DNA from: Lingula anatina
Taxonomy: Eukaryota; Animalia; Brachiopoda
Assembly (NCBI GenBank): GCA_051362555.1
Contig: CM120640.1
Span: forward strand, 9,300,001 to 9,364,000
DNA: 64,000 nucleotides
Reading direction: 5' to 3'
This document shows, in pieces, positions 20,196 through 35,111 of the stretch (positions are counted from its first letter, which is position 1; each line of letters starts with the position of its first letter). A program made the translations under genes and the position numbers. The notes beneath the pieces are model-generated. The model made no database searches. It was not told where the DNA came from and worked only from the letters and a program-made list of their open reading frames with translations.

Positions 20196-23100
20196 TTAAC
20201 TTTGAGTTTTAGGTCTTATGGGTGCCAACTTCTTCACTTTCAAATCTCAGTATGCATGTTTATCAGACTCTGACACTCCATATCAGATTTGATTGAAGTT
20301 TTACTGTGCCAGAAACAAATGCTCATTCATCCAGTGTTCTAGATTCCATGGTTCTGTACATGGGTATGTGATGCAGTTCATAGAGCTGTCTTATATTTGT
20401 CATTGCGGAGGTGCAACCTCAATCAAATGTCACTGAAGCTGATATGTGATAAGCAGGTGTGTTTGTAATTTGATATTGAGGATATGCTTCAAGGTAGTGT
20501 TAAAACTCGGGCTACACTGATTTTAAATAAATTGCACACCAAAAAACATTTTGTCTTACACAGGTAGCTTAAAATATGGTGTTAGAATACCATTACATTT
20601 GTGTAACTTGGTATTCTTAATGTCCACTTACTTTTTGATATAGAATGATTGACTAGCACAGTCATTCCCATATTGACAAATTTACTCTGCATAAAGATTT
20701 ATGTAATTATTTACATGGCAAGTGTGTAAATTTTCAATTGAACAAAACGTTGTCTTAAATTTTACTTAACTTTAATGTATGCCTAGCATATATGTTTAAG
20801 AGCACATTTTTACATGCTCATGTTTCTCATAAAATGATGTAACATGCTTTATTATTTTACCAATATTTACTGCATACATGCCCATACCTTGTCCAATATC
20901 TATGCATAATATTGTGCTGGAGCATTGATCTGTAGTGATGTGTGCATTTGATCTTCACATTACAAAATTAATATATTTAATTTTCAGCCATTTTTCAAAG
21001 TGGCTAGGGTATATTCTATCCAAGTCTGCCGAGAATTTTTGTCTGTAAGCCTGCTTTACGTTTATTTTTTTGTAACAGCTACAAGCCAAATTCTCCATCA
21101 CTAATACAATAGTGTCCCAAAAATTAGAAACGTAAGTCAGATTTTGTCAACAGTTTTGAATATGGTGGGTCTTGGTGCTGACTGCTTTTGCTATACATGT
21201 AACTTACTTATATATGCATGTACAGATATTTCTTTCAACTAAGCCAGTACGAAAACAGTCAAAGAATACGGACAAAACTGATCTGTATTTGGCATGCATA
21301 CAAAAGGTGGTTTTTTAAGAACTTTTTTCTTAAAAGAGAGAATATTGAAGTATGCCATTTTAAATGTTTTATTGTGCAATGAGAATAATGTTATGTTGGT
21401 AAAAAATGCATTACCTTGAAGTTTTTAATACGCTAGATTTTCACATTTTGTTGACAAAGGATATTTGTAATTGCCAGTAGTCAAAATGTATAATTTGTTA
21501 TTGGAACAAGTGAATTGCATGTGCTTTTTAAGGATGGGAAAACTTACAGCTGCACACGCTGACAGCTACATGACTGTACTGTTAAATCAGTATGAAAGAA
21601 GGGTGACCTTTGTTAAAATTCCATTTTGTATTTTAACAACTTACATTTGAAAACCTTTTTAACTACTACCATTTTTCCACTTAATCACCATTTTGTCCAG
21701 ATAAATTTATAAGATTTCACAGATAATTACTTATTTTTTGCTTCTTCTTGGATAAGATATTTTTGTGCAGCATTCTTAACAATCTAGTTTGAATGTTTTT
21801 TTTTTCAACTTGGAAATAGTATACAGTATTAAACTTACCAATTAAATGCTCATCTCATAAAATAGATAAAATAATTAACATTATTTTAGTCATATAGTTA
21901 TTTTATTTACATATGTACAACATATTACATATTTTTGTTGTCTTGCTCTACTTTTCACATAATAAATTTTTTTAACTAAATGAAGTTGATACAATGTTAA
22001 CGATATGTCCATTTTAATTAAGGACTTATTTTACAGGTGCTTTAAAACGGAGTAAACATAGCAACTTAATATATACTGCCCTGAAATTATACTTTGGCAA
22101 GAATGTAGGGGAACAAGGTGTGAAACCATCACAATATTTAAAAAAAAAATATTTATAGTACATCAAAATGCTACACTGATACATGTGACGCATTAAACAA
22201 AAAACTACCACTGCATGTAGACCCCATAAAGCAATTCTGTTGCAATAAAAGAGAGAAACGCAGGTAAGATAATCAAACATTCACAAACCAAGTTTTATAT
22301 AACATATATGGAACTCACAAAGTGTTAACACAAAATTACAGACGTTTTAGTTAACTTTTCTATTAATTTCTCGCGATAGATGGATGCCACAAGAAACTGG
22401 CATGATGTAAAGTTTGGGTTAGCTAAATAAATGAATAAATGTCAGCCCTTTCCTGGTAAAATTGGTAATTTCTATTTCATACATACGTATCCACTGTTTG
22501 AATAAATTTTATGATGATAATTTACAGCATATTTTAGGATGAAAAATAATTATATGTCGGTGACAAGTGGTGTTCAAAAGGATGTTTAACTTCGTGACAC
22601 CTTTGGTACCTTTGCTGTGTTGTGCTACTAGTCTGGCAGACCAACAAACAATTAAACTAAAATTGTAAGACAAAGATGAACCTAACAGAAAGATCAAATG
22701 CAGATAATACAACATAACATGCAATTATAAACTGGTTCTAATACATATGCTGCAAGTCTGTGAGCATCATGCCATAAATTCCTGACGGATATAAATTCCT
22801 GATGCAAAATATCATTTTTCAGTATAACCCATGAACATTTAACTCCCTAACTTTCTTAAGCTACGTAGATAAACATTATTTGGTTTAACTTTGTAAGCCC
22901 TGCTGGTGACCACAGTAAAAATACTTGTGACTTTACTTAATACTATATTACCATGCTAGGTGGCAAGTTCATAACAAAATATATATTATTGTATTGTGTA
23001 ATCACTAACAACATAGTGATACATAGGTAAATGATACACTTTTAAAATGTGTAAAGTGATATACATTATTTTCACTGTTATATGCATACTAGAACCAAAC

Positions 23101-23540
23101 TTGCTCTCTTTAAACAAATAGAAAACTGATAAAATGCCATATATAAACTGTCTGAATATCATAACTTTTAACTTGTTAACCAAAACATATTGCAGAGTTA
23201 AGGTGGCTAAAACCCTGATCAAGATGAAGAATTGCACTTTTGTAATGATGTCACTGTAAAGGCATCTTGTATATATTACTAAATAAATTAAAATAAGGAT
23301 ATATATGTTATGTGAAATATCCTGCTAACCACCTTGCCTTCATTACTTTTAAACGGGAACCCCTTTAAAAACAAAAAACATTTGTAAGATGCCCTGCACC
23401 TTGCTAACAAAGTATCTAAATATACAAAAACACAAAGTCTGCATATAAAATATTTATCAGTGCTGACAAACATTTCTCTGGTCATCATGATACAAAATAT
23501 GAACACACATACAGTCATAGTCTAGTTTAGTTTTTCCTCC

Positions 23541-23670
23541 TCCCTGTCATACTACAGTCCCTGGCCAGGACACCACTGTCAGTGTGACAGTCCCCTTCAA
23601 ACTCCTCCCTGTCATACCACAGTCCCTGGCCAGGACACCACTGTCAGTGTGACAGTCCCCTTCAGACTCT
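23541..23670. repeat. 65-bp tandem duplication spanning the LNX stop codon
   Basis: 23541..23605 and 23606..23670 are near-identical. Both copies translate as [18 protein letters not shown] on the minus strand. Confidence 0.95.
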
Positions 23671-26600
23671 TGAGCAGTCCCACAGCCCCAGCGTGGGTCA
23701 TGTTCTGTAAGCACTGACCATTCACTGACAGGATTGTGTCGCCACATCTGAAAACAAAATAGTTTTTAACTCTTAGACCAATTGTTGTAAATAATAACAG
23801 TAATACAATGGATGATGATAAAGGGCAATGCAAAGAATATATGCAAATAAATTTAAAACAAATGACAGAACAGTTCATTTTAAGCAATACTTCAAAGTCA
23901 TCTGACAAGCTGTAATAAAATATTGTATCATTCATTGCATTACCCATAATCTGTATAGTCCAAATTTGTAAAGTACCCTCAGCACATTATGTATTCAGAT
24001 TGCTTCTTTAAATAACAGAAAAAAAAATCAATTTGTTTCTTCTCACCTGATTCTCCCATCTTTGGCAGCAGGTGTGTTCAACACGACAGACTTGACAAAG
24101 ATAGGTTGGTTGCCATGACTACTATCACATCCTCCCACAATGGCCAATCCCAGGCTTCCACTTTGGCTTTTCTCCAGACTTATGATTTTTTCTGTTTGAC
24201 ACATGCTGACAAAGAAAAGAAAATGTATTATAAATACAGTTATGACTAAAGGTTAAATTTTTCACATTTAAGCAAGTTCTTTTGATCTTACATGATTAAG
24301 CAAAATGGTACTTTTTACTTTTTGGGGGGCATTTCTAATGCTGAAGTTAATTTATCTTTTTCATTGGAATGTGAAAGTTATGATACAATATTATTTTGTC
24401 AAATATTTAAGTCAAGTTGATGAAATTTCAAACCTACCTTGGCAAGTTGAGCCAGAACAACCAGGATGGAGCAAAATTGAGGGCTCCATCACTGGTCTCT
24501 GTGCCATCAAACTTCTTCAGGGACACAGCCTTGGACTCAGCACAAGCTTTTAGCACCTTCACCGATTCTGAATGAGTCAGGTCCATCAGACTGATGCCAT
24601 TGATTGACACCAAGATGTCCCCCTTCTGACAATGGGAAAAAAACACATTCTTGATAATATACAAATGATAGAGCACTACAACTGTGCAGACCTATGCTAA
24701 GAAACTGGCATTAAAATAATTTTAAAATTATTAGGAGACACAGCTTCAGTTCAAATATTAATTACTTCTTTTCCTCTTGAATCTTGAAAATTCCATAAAA
24801 ATTGTGAAGAGCTTATTAAGATATCTTGTCCACAAAGCAATGTTGACATGAAAACTAATCCTCCTTCAACAGTAGGTAGTAACACCAAAGTGCATTGCAA
24901 CAATATCACACAGATTACTGGCAATTAAAATGAATTGATCTGCTTGTAGAGAAGTAATACAAGCTTGGGGATTGATTATTTCACTTCTTCAAGCAAACAA
25001 AAAGTTATGTAGTGTACCTTGACTTGTTTGCTCCTGGCTAGGCATCCGCCAGCCTGTACATTAGACACGTAGATGGGGACGTCCCCCCGCTGGCTGCCCA
25101 GTCCTCCCGCTACACTGATACCTAGGCTTTCTGAGGAGTCCTGGAATCACAAGACAAGTAACTGTAACTATTGATGTTGTTCAAAGGGAAACGGTGCTTA
25201 ATATTTCTACTTTGGAAAAAGTGTAAATTATTGTATCAGAGCATAAAAAATTTAGAAAGTATACAAACTATGCTTAATCTCTCAAATCAGAATGCACCAT
25301 CCATCTTGAGACAACAGTCTAAAATCTAACACATCTTGAATTCTGAACTTTTAAATAAATTATTTTAAAAATCTATATTCACCTTTGTGATTGTCACTAG
25401 CTTTTCTTTGGGTTGCTTCCTAACTACAGATTTGTCGGCCTCCTGTTCCAAGGCTGCAATGGCTTGAGCTACACAGTCCTTGGAGGCAGAACGAATGAGA
25501 TCAGGAGTCTGCGGACGAGTCCTCCGCGAGATAACAAATGTCACTTTGTCTTTACTCGACTGTAAATGTAAAGGGTTAGATTATCCATGATGGTTGGTGA
25601 AGAATTTTTTTTCCAATGCTAATAAGTTTATGACAATTGCCGTGGCCTTTATCACAAATAACATTTTGTCAGTAGTCAAAAAGTTTGAACTACAGGGCAG
25701 CTCTCATGAAATATATATGTAATTATGTGGAAATAAAAAAATCCATACATCTTGGTTGTAGCCTAGGGGCCAAAAAGTAGACGTCTCACTTACTTGAATC
25801 AATTTAGCGGCTTCCTCTTGTGTTCCAACAAGCATGTCAGTTTTATTGATTTCCAAAATTCTGTCATCAGGCTTCAAGCGGCCATCTTGGAGAGCTAGAC
25901 CGCCCTGAATTAACTCCAAGATATACAGTCCTGGCCCGCTCCTGCTTGGGGGAGAGAGAAAAGTTATAGATAAAACCACCATGTTTTACTTTTTTACAAA
26001 TGAACAAGGAACCACTAAAACATGCATTTTATGAAAAATTTGAATTTCACTAAGTAACAAGATTTACTTACTTCTTCCCCACCAGTTTAATGCCTAGTTG
26101 TTTCCCTTGCTTTTTACTGAGGGTAACTCGTAGGATTTCTGAAAATATGAGAATGTCCCTATTAATTACTAAGTGAAATTTGCAGTTTTATATCAAACGA
26201 CATAGAACATCACATGATCTCTTAATTTAAGACATTAACAAACATCATTTAATTCGAATTCTACAAAATCATAAGTCAAATTGTCTAGGCGGCTCTTAGA
26301 AATTTATGTACACTATTACTATTTATTTTGTGTTAATTCAAACTCGTGTTTCTTTTCTTTTTTTACCTTCTTTTTCAATGGGCTGGCTTTCCTCTGCCTT
26401 TTCCCTATACACAGTTAGCCTACATATAGGGTAGAGTGTCTTCAGTGCCTGCCTGGCCTGAGCATGAGTGGCCAGGGTCAAGTCTTCCCCATTCACCTAT
26501 GATAGGGTAAATAATGAACAATCATCAACTATTATAGGGTAAATAATGAACAATATTAACAAAATAATCATATTACTTCAAACTGAAAATAAATTAATCA

Positions 26601-27256
26601 TAAAATTTCCTTGTCATTATCATTGTGGCAAAAAAAGAGGAATTAAAAGAAGACATTTATTACTATTCTTCATCACAAAGAATGCCAGACAAAAACCATC
26701 AGGAAAAAGGCATCCAAAGACCCTACACTGTCAGCTTTTATCGCCGTTATATTCATAAACACAATAACAGCATTAATGCTGCAGCCTCTAAAAATCAATA
26801 AAGCGCATTGAAGGGAATCTTAATGTCACATCAATAGCTTTTATAATCCAGCATGATATCACGATTCTTCTATTATGTTTAAAAATGTCAATTCTCAGAC
26901 CAAATGTCTAGTCTTGCTTTGCATCTTACCAAATTATCTAATAGAAGTGGCAAGATTGAAAACATTCTATCTGTCACTCATACACCCACCTCTAATATCT
27001 GATCACCTTGAGCCAGCCTTCCATCTTTTGCTACAACTCCCTCTGGAAAAATTTCCTGGATAACAACTGCCATCTAGAAGAATATCAAAGTGTTAAATCA
27101 GGAACAAATATAATCATTTGTAAAATGACATCCCTGAATTTTAGACATCACGAGTAGGGTTACTGAAACATCTCTATAAATCTGTTCATAAATGATTAAC
27201 CTAATTCTCTCTGTAATTTTTGGAATAGCTTAATAAGATTTAAATCCACTCTTGCC

Positions 27257-27288
<32 letters not shown>

Positions 27289-30200
27289 TTTATGTTACAT
27301 CCTTATTATACCCCAACCAGTATACAAATACATACTCTTTATTCATAAACAAACCCTAAAATTATACTGAAAAAGTTTGTAAGTTTGTATTAGTACACAA
27401 ATTTATTGTAAGAAAAGCACTTACCAGAGGAGTATCACATCCCCCAACAATGCTGATCCCGAGGTCATAGCTGCCCTTGGGGATGTCCAGGGTGGTCACT
27501 TCACCCTCTATCACTGGCACCATAAGGTTCTCTGAAATATTACAATATCAAAATTAGTAAATTATAAAAAGGAAAACACAAAAGAGATTAATATACAAAA
27601 CAATATTAATTCCTATTCATCTCTACTTCATGCTGTCTCAAGAGTGTGCATTCTTCAGGAATCCAATTAAAAACAGCATAATGTTATGCAGTGCTTGATC
27701 CATTGTTCTTGTCTCGCTCTTTTTCCCCAACACTCTATATATTGTGGATGATCAATGTCACACCTTGCATGCTCCGTCTACACAGAATACGTAAAACTTC
27801 AGAGCTTGGAATACACATCATTCTGCATGTGAAAAGGCCGCAAGGCTTTCAGAGAAGAAAACCTGATCTTCTCACCATAAAAATATAAATACTTAATGAG
27901 GCTTCAGAGGCTGAAACTAAATGACTGAAATGAAGATTTATAGAGTCTGAAGATGCTGCACACAGCAATTCCATGCATGCTGCTGTCCTATATATACAGA
28001 GTAAAACTGCACCATAACGGAAATTTAATTTCTCCTTGTTACTCAGGAGGTCAAAAATTGGAAGATTGGTTCAACTGATTGGATTGGGGATTTTAATCCA
28101 GGGACAAACTGTTTTATGTGCACATTTTATCTAGAGCATAAATCATCACAAACTCCATATATGCTGGACATTTTTTTTTTTTTTTTTTTTTTTTTTTGTC
28201 CAGAGAGAGCAATTTGACTCGGGTTCAAGCAGCAAGACCTTAATTTTGAATTCTTATATCCCTGTCTTTAAAGCATTCACATCATTATTGGTGATGCAGT
28301 TACTCTGCCCTCTGGCTTATGAAGTGCAACCTGCCCATACTATGTGAATTCAAAGTAAACATCCCATGCTTTTGTGTTCCTGAATCATTTTCTCCCTAAC
28401 AAAGAAGCAAAACCATGACGCTAAAACTGACTGTATTTCTTACAATGGGATATGCCAATCAATAAATACAGGGAGAAAGACACGTCTATCCAAAAGATCA
28501 GCTCCAGGGAGCAGGACAGGGTATCCAAAAGAACAGCCCCATGGTCTATCTGTTTAGAGTACAGCTTTGGACACCTTCAGCTGATCAATACCCTACCTTT
28601 TTCTCCTCTTAATTGAACTGATTCTATTACATCCCTGTTATCATCACATCCTGTGACCAGGGCATTAATTCTGAACTATCATACTTCATTTCTCTGGAGA
28701 AACATCTGTCTAACCTAATTACATGAAAGTTATCCAGGGACCTAAATGTAGAGCTCTTTGATGCATTACTTCATCAGGGGTTGCTGCTGGTATACTGGAT
28801 TACAATTAAAACAAAAGCTGCTTATTTAACATCTCATTTTCAGTTTCAATCTCACAATAAATCATTATCATAATTTTTACTTAGTGAACAACATATTACA
28901 GCATTTTTTTTCTTTTTTGTTATTTACTAAAACACAACTTTGTTTCTCCTTGACCTACCCTACTCTTAACTTGGTTCGGCAAGTAGGATATTTATTCCTT
29001 TTTTTTTTTTTTTTGTAGATAAGAGGGTTTTATAAGGTATATTGGGGAAAATAACTCAAATTCATGAAGACAAAATCCATCTTGTTTTTTGGCAAAGAAA
29101 AGAAAAAGGAAATTAGGTGGGCAGGTATTAATGGGTGGGTAAAGGAAGTTGAAATAAATAGAAAGCCATATGTGACATTACCATCTTCCTCCCTGTAAGC
29201 GCACTCCCACATGTGACACTGTAAGGCACTGCGTGGGCCCTGGAAAGGACAGCCCGCACGAGACTTCAAACAACGAGTGACTGCGCCACGACATCTGAAG
29301 AATAAATTAATACAATGTAGCATGCTTTTCAAATCCATTTCACAACACTGGAATTCCAATTCCTAAAGAGCATCTGTTTTATATTTGTCCTAAAGTCTTT
29401 ATTCACTTTACTGAATCTGAACCAAACAATCCAAAATGACATGCTACAACAAATGTTTTTCTCCATCTATTTTTAAGTTGTTAAATTAAGGAAGGAACTC
29501 CATTAATTGAAATAAATTGCTTGACAAAAATGCTTTAAACTCTAAATGCTGATTATTTTTCCCCACAAAGTTATTTACTTACTTGTTCTGTAAGTGTGCT
29601 TCCAACTCACTCCTGGGCAGCACCTCTTCACAGTAGTCCACATTGGGACACACTACAAGGAGTTTGTCGAGGAGTCTTAAAAAGAGATGACAATTTCTAT
29701 ACTCCAAGTTATTGTGTGTTCCTGGATTCATAGCATTTTTTTTCAAAGCCTTAGGAGTAAATGACATTCATTAAAATTACCCAGTTGACAATTTATGAAA
29801 CAGCAGCAGCAATGTCATTGGTCACAAGCACATGTTATTCATTTGTAATATGCCTGGAGTACCTTGAGTAATTATTGAATGTCTTCTTGAATATCAACAT
29901 ACTATCCTTTTGTCTTTTACGTGAACGCCTACTATTCCATTTTCAAAATTAGCATTGTGGTCTAAAACTAGATTCCAAATCTGTAGCGTCACTTTCCCAC
30001 TTTGACATAAGCTCTCATGACAAAATATGAGCACTTCACCCCTCAATGGCAAATCAGAAAATGGTAAATTCTAAATTCAATACTGTGGAGAGATTTGCGT
30101 CACGGGACAAGTTAACTATCTGAGAGAATCATCCCGTGCATTTTCCCACGTTCTCTCCAGGAAAGTGGGGGATGCATGCATGTTATGCTTATACAATGCA

Positions 30201-33200
30201 TGCCAATACTCCAGATAGTGTATTATGTCAATGCTTTGTTCTAGGAGAGGAGGCATGTATGTGAGAGCGGATGTTCAAATCCTGCCATTGATCCATAGCA
30301 GCAATAATAGAAGACGGCAAATACATGGAGGAAAGTGATCTAAAACTTTCTTCGCTTAAACACATACTTATTGATCAGATCTGGAAGTAATCTAAATATC
30401 CATTAAAAAATTTTAAATCAACTGCTTTGACCTTTCTTTTTTGTCTTTATTTTTATCCAACCATTTTATTTCTTCAATAATCTTAAGTATTGGGGACATA
30501 AGAACCTGAGAGAATTTTACCTATTTTTTAATCAAAATTTCAGTCTCCTAATGAGTAAAACATTAAGCAGATATGTTTTCAATCTTAATGATGACAGAAT
30601 AAAATAAAATGGAAAAACAAGACAAAGCAGTTTGAAAAAAAAAAAAAAACATTAATTTAGTAAGAAATACTAATTAGATTTTCCCAATAACTAGATTCTA
30701 ATTTCAGTTTTCTTGCTGATTAAATATATATTTTTCTCACATATATTTCAACATCCATATTGTCACCTTCTTCCTTTAAAATTCAATTTTCTGCTAATAT
30801 GCATTCAGCTTCTGCTGGGGCATAGTAACTAAATTTCAAGGAAAAGAAAATCTTAATGAAGCGAGATCTTTTAACTCAGCATTAGAATAGACTGGGGCTG
30901 GTGTGTTATTTCATGCCTGTCAGAATGGTGAATGGACACAATAAAGACATCAGTACATGTTATTATATCTGTCAATAAGGCAAGAATATATCACAAAGTT
31001 AATGTGATGGATGTACAGTTCTGTGAATGCTTTTAACAAAAGAATATAGAACAAAGCCATTATAGCACCCCCGATTAGCCAGAACCTAGAGACAACATGG
31101 GAAATTGGATATATCTGTTTTCTGACTGGAAGCATTTATGTAGAACTTGATTTGAGATAGGAAAATATTTACAAAAACTTGGTTGTATAACACATCATTT
31201 TCAAAATGATAATTAGCAAAAATATTAAATAAAAGACTACAAACATAAAAATGTATACTGTCCTTTGGACATGTTGTCTGTATAGACCTAAAGAAATAAA
31301 AATTTCAATCCCCCAAAATTGGCCAAATGCTCAAGACTGACAGGCGACAGCACACATTTGCTGTTCTGGCCACATTTTGTATTGATAAATTCAAAAAAAA
31401 ATATTTTAATAATTTGAAGACTTTTCTTTTGCTTTTGTAACTGCTTGGAGAAAACTCTAATTGTTACTCCATAATTTGCATTATCACTATTGTTGTAATT
31501 AATCAATTTTGTCTGCTTAAACCAGCAGAAACAAACATTATCCTAATATCACCAAACAAAATGCTTGAAATAACACACATCAAAATCACATGTGATATAC
31601 ATCTTCACATCCAGTCTGACCTATCACCTGACTTACCTGTGTGGATCTAACACAAGCTGCCCCAGTGGAAGCTCCTGTAAACCAGCTGGATCCATTGAAA
31701 CAACTCTCAGCAATATTGCTTCATAAAAGTCCTCAGAGCACCAACTTTTTAGGAACAACTCAGCGTTTGACCCTAACAATGGTGACCTGTGTTTCGCCGA
31801 GGTTATTATTTTTTTTTCAAAATATGTTAATAAAAAATATGCATTATCTGATCACTTCCTGGATAATTAATGTTTCAGAGCCTCCCAGAAATTCAAATTT
31901 CCCCTTTCAATGTCCTGTATATGCTGAAGTGATCAGTCTGACTGGCATATTCAAGAAGATGCAGTACAGATGGTCAACTCATTGAAGATAGCTCAATTTG
32001 CCCACTTGACTAGCCCCAAATCAACTTTCAATTGCAGCACTTTTCCTAATGAACAACAAGACCATAAATGAAGAAATCAGCCATCCCACCGCACTCTTAT
32101 TATTGGTAACAGGAAAACTTCCAAGTTAACTTCGAAAGGTCAAATGATTTTCTAAGTCTTGATGATGTATGGTCTCCACCCCAGTCTAATACATCACGCC
32201 CTGTGCATTATTACCATGGGAAGTGTCCAGGTATACCTGTAAGGCTGCTTGTCATTTTAAATTTCCTACATGACTTTCTTGTTTGACATTTTACCAAAAT
32301 CATAAATATCCATATGGAAAACCAGTCTAAATAATAAAACCACACTGTGTGTGATCTTTCTGATTGTCATGAATTACTCTTTCTCCTTTATAACTGAGTG
32401 AAGTTATCACAATCTCCTTGGTGTCAAGTGGTACTGAGGGGCTACCAGAGGACAGAGATTATTATTAGAGTTTACATTACATCCTACAGATCCTATCACG
32501 GAAGTTCATGACGTGTACGCTTTCATATGTCTTTTGTCAAGCAGCATTTATCACATCATGTCTGCCAATACATCACCATCAGAACAGCCAAGATTCTCTC
32601 CTTTCTGCCTTCACTGTATAGGCTTTACTTTGCCATGCTTTTAAATCAAGCGATAACAAGCATTTTGATGTTGCTTCCACATTGGTGACATAAAAAAATG
32701 AGACTCATACATAAATTAACACAGCTATTGTCAGCATTGAAAAAACCTCAACCAGTCCAATATGTAATGTGCAGCATAATAATCCTGAAGTGCACTTGCA
32801 GCTCTGTATAAGCAATGAGGTACCTGTAAATTATACATAAGCTGTCTAACTGTGCTCTGCTTTTCTCTCAGAGTCCTCATCTTGATCCTAGTTCCTGGCT
32901 CACCTGCATCTGATCACACATACCTGACACCATACACTTTATACAGGTAGGTGCCCGCATATAGAAACATATATGTATACCTGGTATAGAAAACTAGGCT
33001 TCATTATGCCCCAATTCAATTTCAAATATTTCCTTTTGTATCAAAGTTTCACTTCCACTTGTGGCAGTCAATCACAAGCACACATTTTAATATCCTCCAA
33101 CTTTTAATCAAATACAGCGACATGGTAATCAGATCCCTTGTCACAATACTTCAACTTTCCTGAACCAATAATCCTACGCTGATCCAGCACTTATAATTTT

Positions 33201-35111
33201 TTCAATCTCATATGTAAAAATTAAGCGCAGTTTTTCTTCTGCTGCAGTAAAATTATGCCCCTGCTAATATCCACATAATAACAGATCATGACAGATTAAA
33301 CCTTTTCTGCATGACACACACATATATATGACTCATGAGGCTTCATTGCTTTTTAATTAGACAGGTAAGTGCAGTGCACCAATATACCAATACCAGAGTG
33401 TAATCATATTGCTTGACACTTACACATGCATGTGTTGACTGAAAGGTATGGGAAAGTTTTCTTAAAAACCTAAACTTTGGTAATGATAATATTAATATTA
33501 CCATAGGTAAAACAAAATGCCCTCTGAGTCACCATTAAGAGGCTGATCTTATATTGATCTCGACTCTCAGGTCACCTTACTCTCTGTGATATTGGTATTG
33601 TCGATACCCATTCAGAGCCTAGCATCCTTTCCTACACCATTATGACTAATTAATCCTTGGGGTCTTCTACATTACTAATCATTACTAAAATGAACACTGC
33701 TCATGGCAGGTAAGGCACACAGTTCTTTCTCACTGAACAATTCTGCTACAAGACAAATATTTTGTTTAAACTTTACACATGGACTAATTGGTACACCTTT
33801 GTTAGTGTGTGTATGGCCTGTTATTAAATCAAAAAGTCAACAAATTTATTTCAATATTATCTTCCTATCGTGTGGGGAGTTTATATGAAAATACCTGTTG
33901 ACTTTTGAAATCAACTGAGATAGGGGATATTAATATCTCCGAGTCCTGACTTGTTTGTTCTATTATCAGGTCTTATTACACTTCAATATTGTTATCATTT
34001 ATACACTGTCAGCATAACTGATAAATTTTGCTTATATTTTCTTTTTAAATGGAAGTATTGTAACTTGTCACAATTTAAGTTAAATATCCAGTAGCCATTA
34101 AAAGTGACTGAACAACAGAGCACTATCAATTTGGCTGACTTAAAATTTTAAAGGGACAAAAAAAAAAAAAGAAAGAAAAGAAAAAAATTACAAAACACCA
34201 ATGGACTTTATACACTACAGTGGTATTTTTTAGGTCAAGGAATGAGTACACAACCACACATTCACCCATGTTGGTTATTATTCCAAGTCATAAGCACAAC
34301 TACCTAAGTAAATTCCCTCCTAGCCATCAGTCCAGCCATGGACACTGACCAGTGTTATATTGGCAATTGGAAATCTGGTTTCCTAGGAAAATAGGGCCAT
34401 TAAGCCGCTAATCAATGCAAAGCATCCTGCTCAAAAATAAGTGACCATCACTATGGCAACAGGATATTGGACATCAATTAGTAATTGAGTACTTCTAATG
34501 CATTTTACAAGCTAGGAAAACCCCCAAAAGATTTATATAGTGTGCCTACTAGTTAACAATGAACTTTTTTTGCAAACTTTGCAAATCCTTTTTACTATCA
34601 TATTATCTTTGATATATTTAAAACGTTTGCACCTCAATCAAGCCTTTTGTGTAAAATTTTTACAACACACTATATTGAACTCATTAGGAAATAGCCACTC
34701 ATGGAAAGGTTGAAATAAACTTGTGAAAATAATGTTCAAACACCCTTTTTGGAGGATAACCCACCTTTTGACCATAATACTTGCTGGCTGCACATCCTTG
34801 CTGGTTAAAGTCAGTCTATCTAGGGGACATATTTTCTGTATTTTCAGATAATGTTTTATGCACTCTGAGCAGAATGTGTGCCCACATCGAGTGTCCATAG
34901 GATTGACCAGTGGCTGGAGACATATGTGACATATCAAGTCCTCGTCCACTGCCTGGTGGTAGTCATACAGATGGGCCGTCTGGTCGTCATGGAACTGACC
35001 ACAGTGGACACAGTGGGTAGCCTCCTGCTTCACCCTGGGAAATGAACTTGACCGAAATAACGGCTTCTCCAAGTCTAAGTAATCGCTCATGTGCAGCTTG
35101 CCAGCCGCCAT
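23612..35111 (-). CDS. LNX2: Ligand of Numb protein X 1/2-like E3 ubiquitin ligase (Zn-RING-Zn + 4 PDZ), about 623 aa
   Basis: Exons (minus): 35111..34765, 29675..29583, 29294..29182, 27531..27425, 27073..26990, 26496..26367, 26138..26072, 25941..25794, 25559..25383, 25140..25018, 24625..24438, 24205..24047, 23747..23612; total 1872 nt, in frame. LNX1/2 hallmarks: [69 protein letters not shown] and C-terminal VSWPG. Probably co-orthologous to vertebrate LNX1 and LNX2. Confidence 0.94.
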
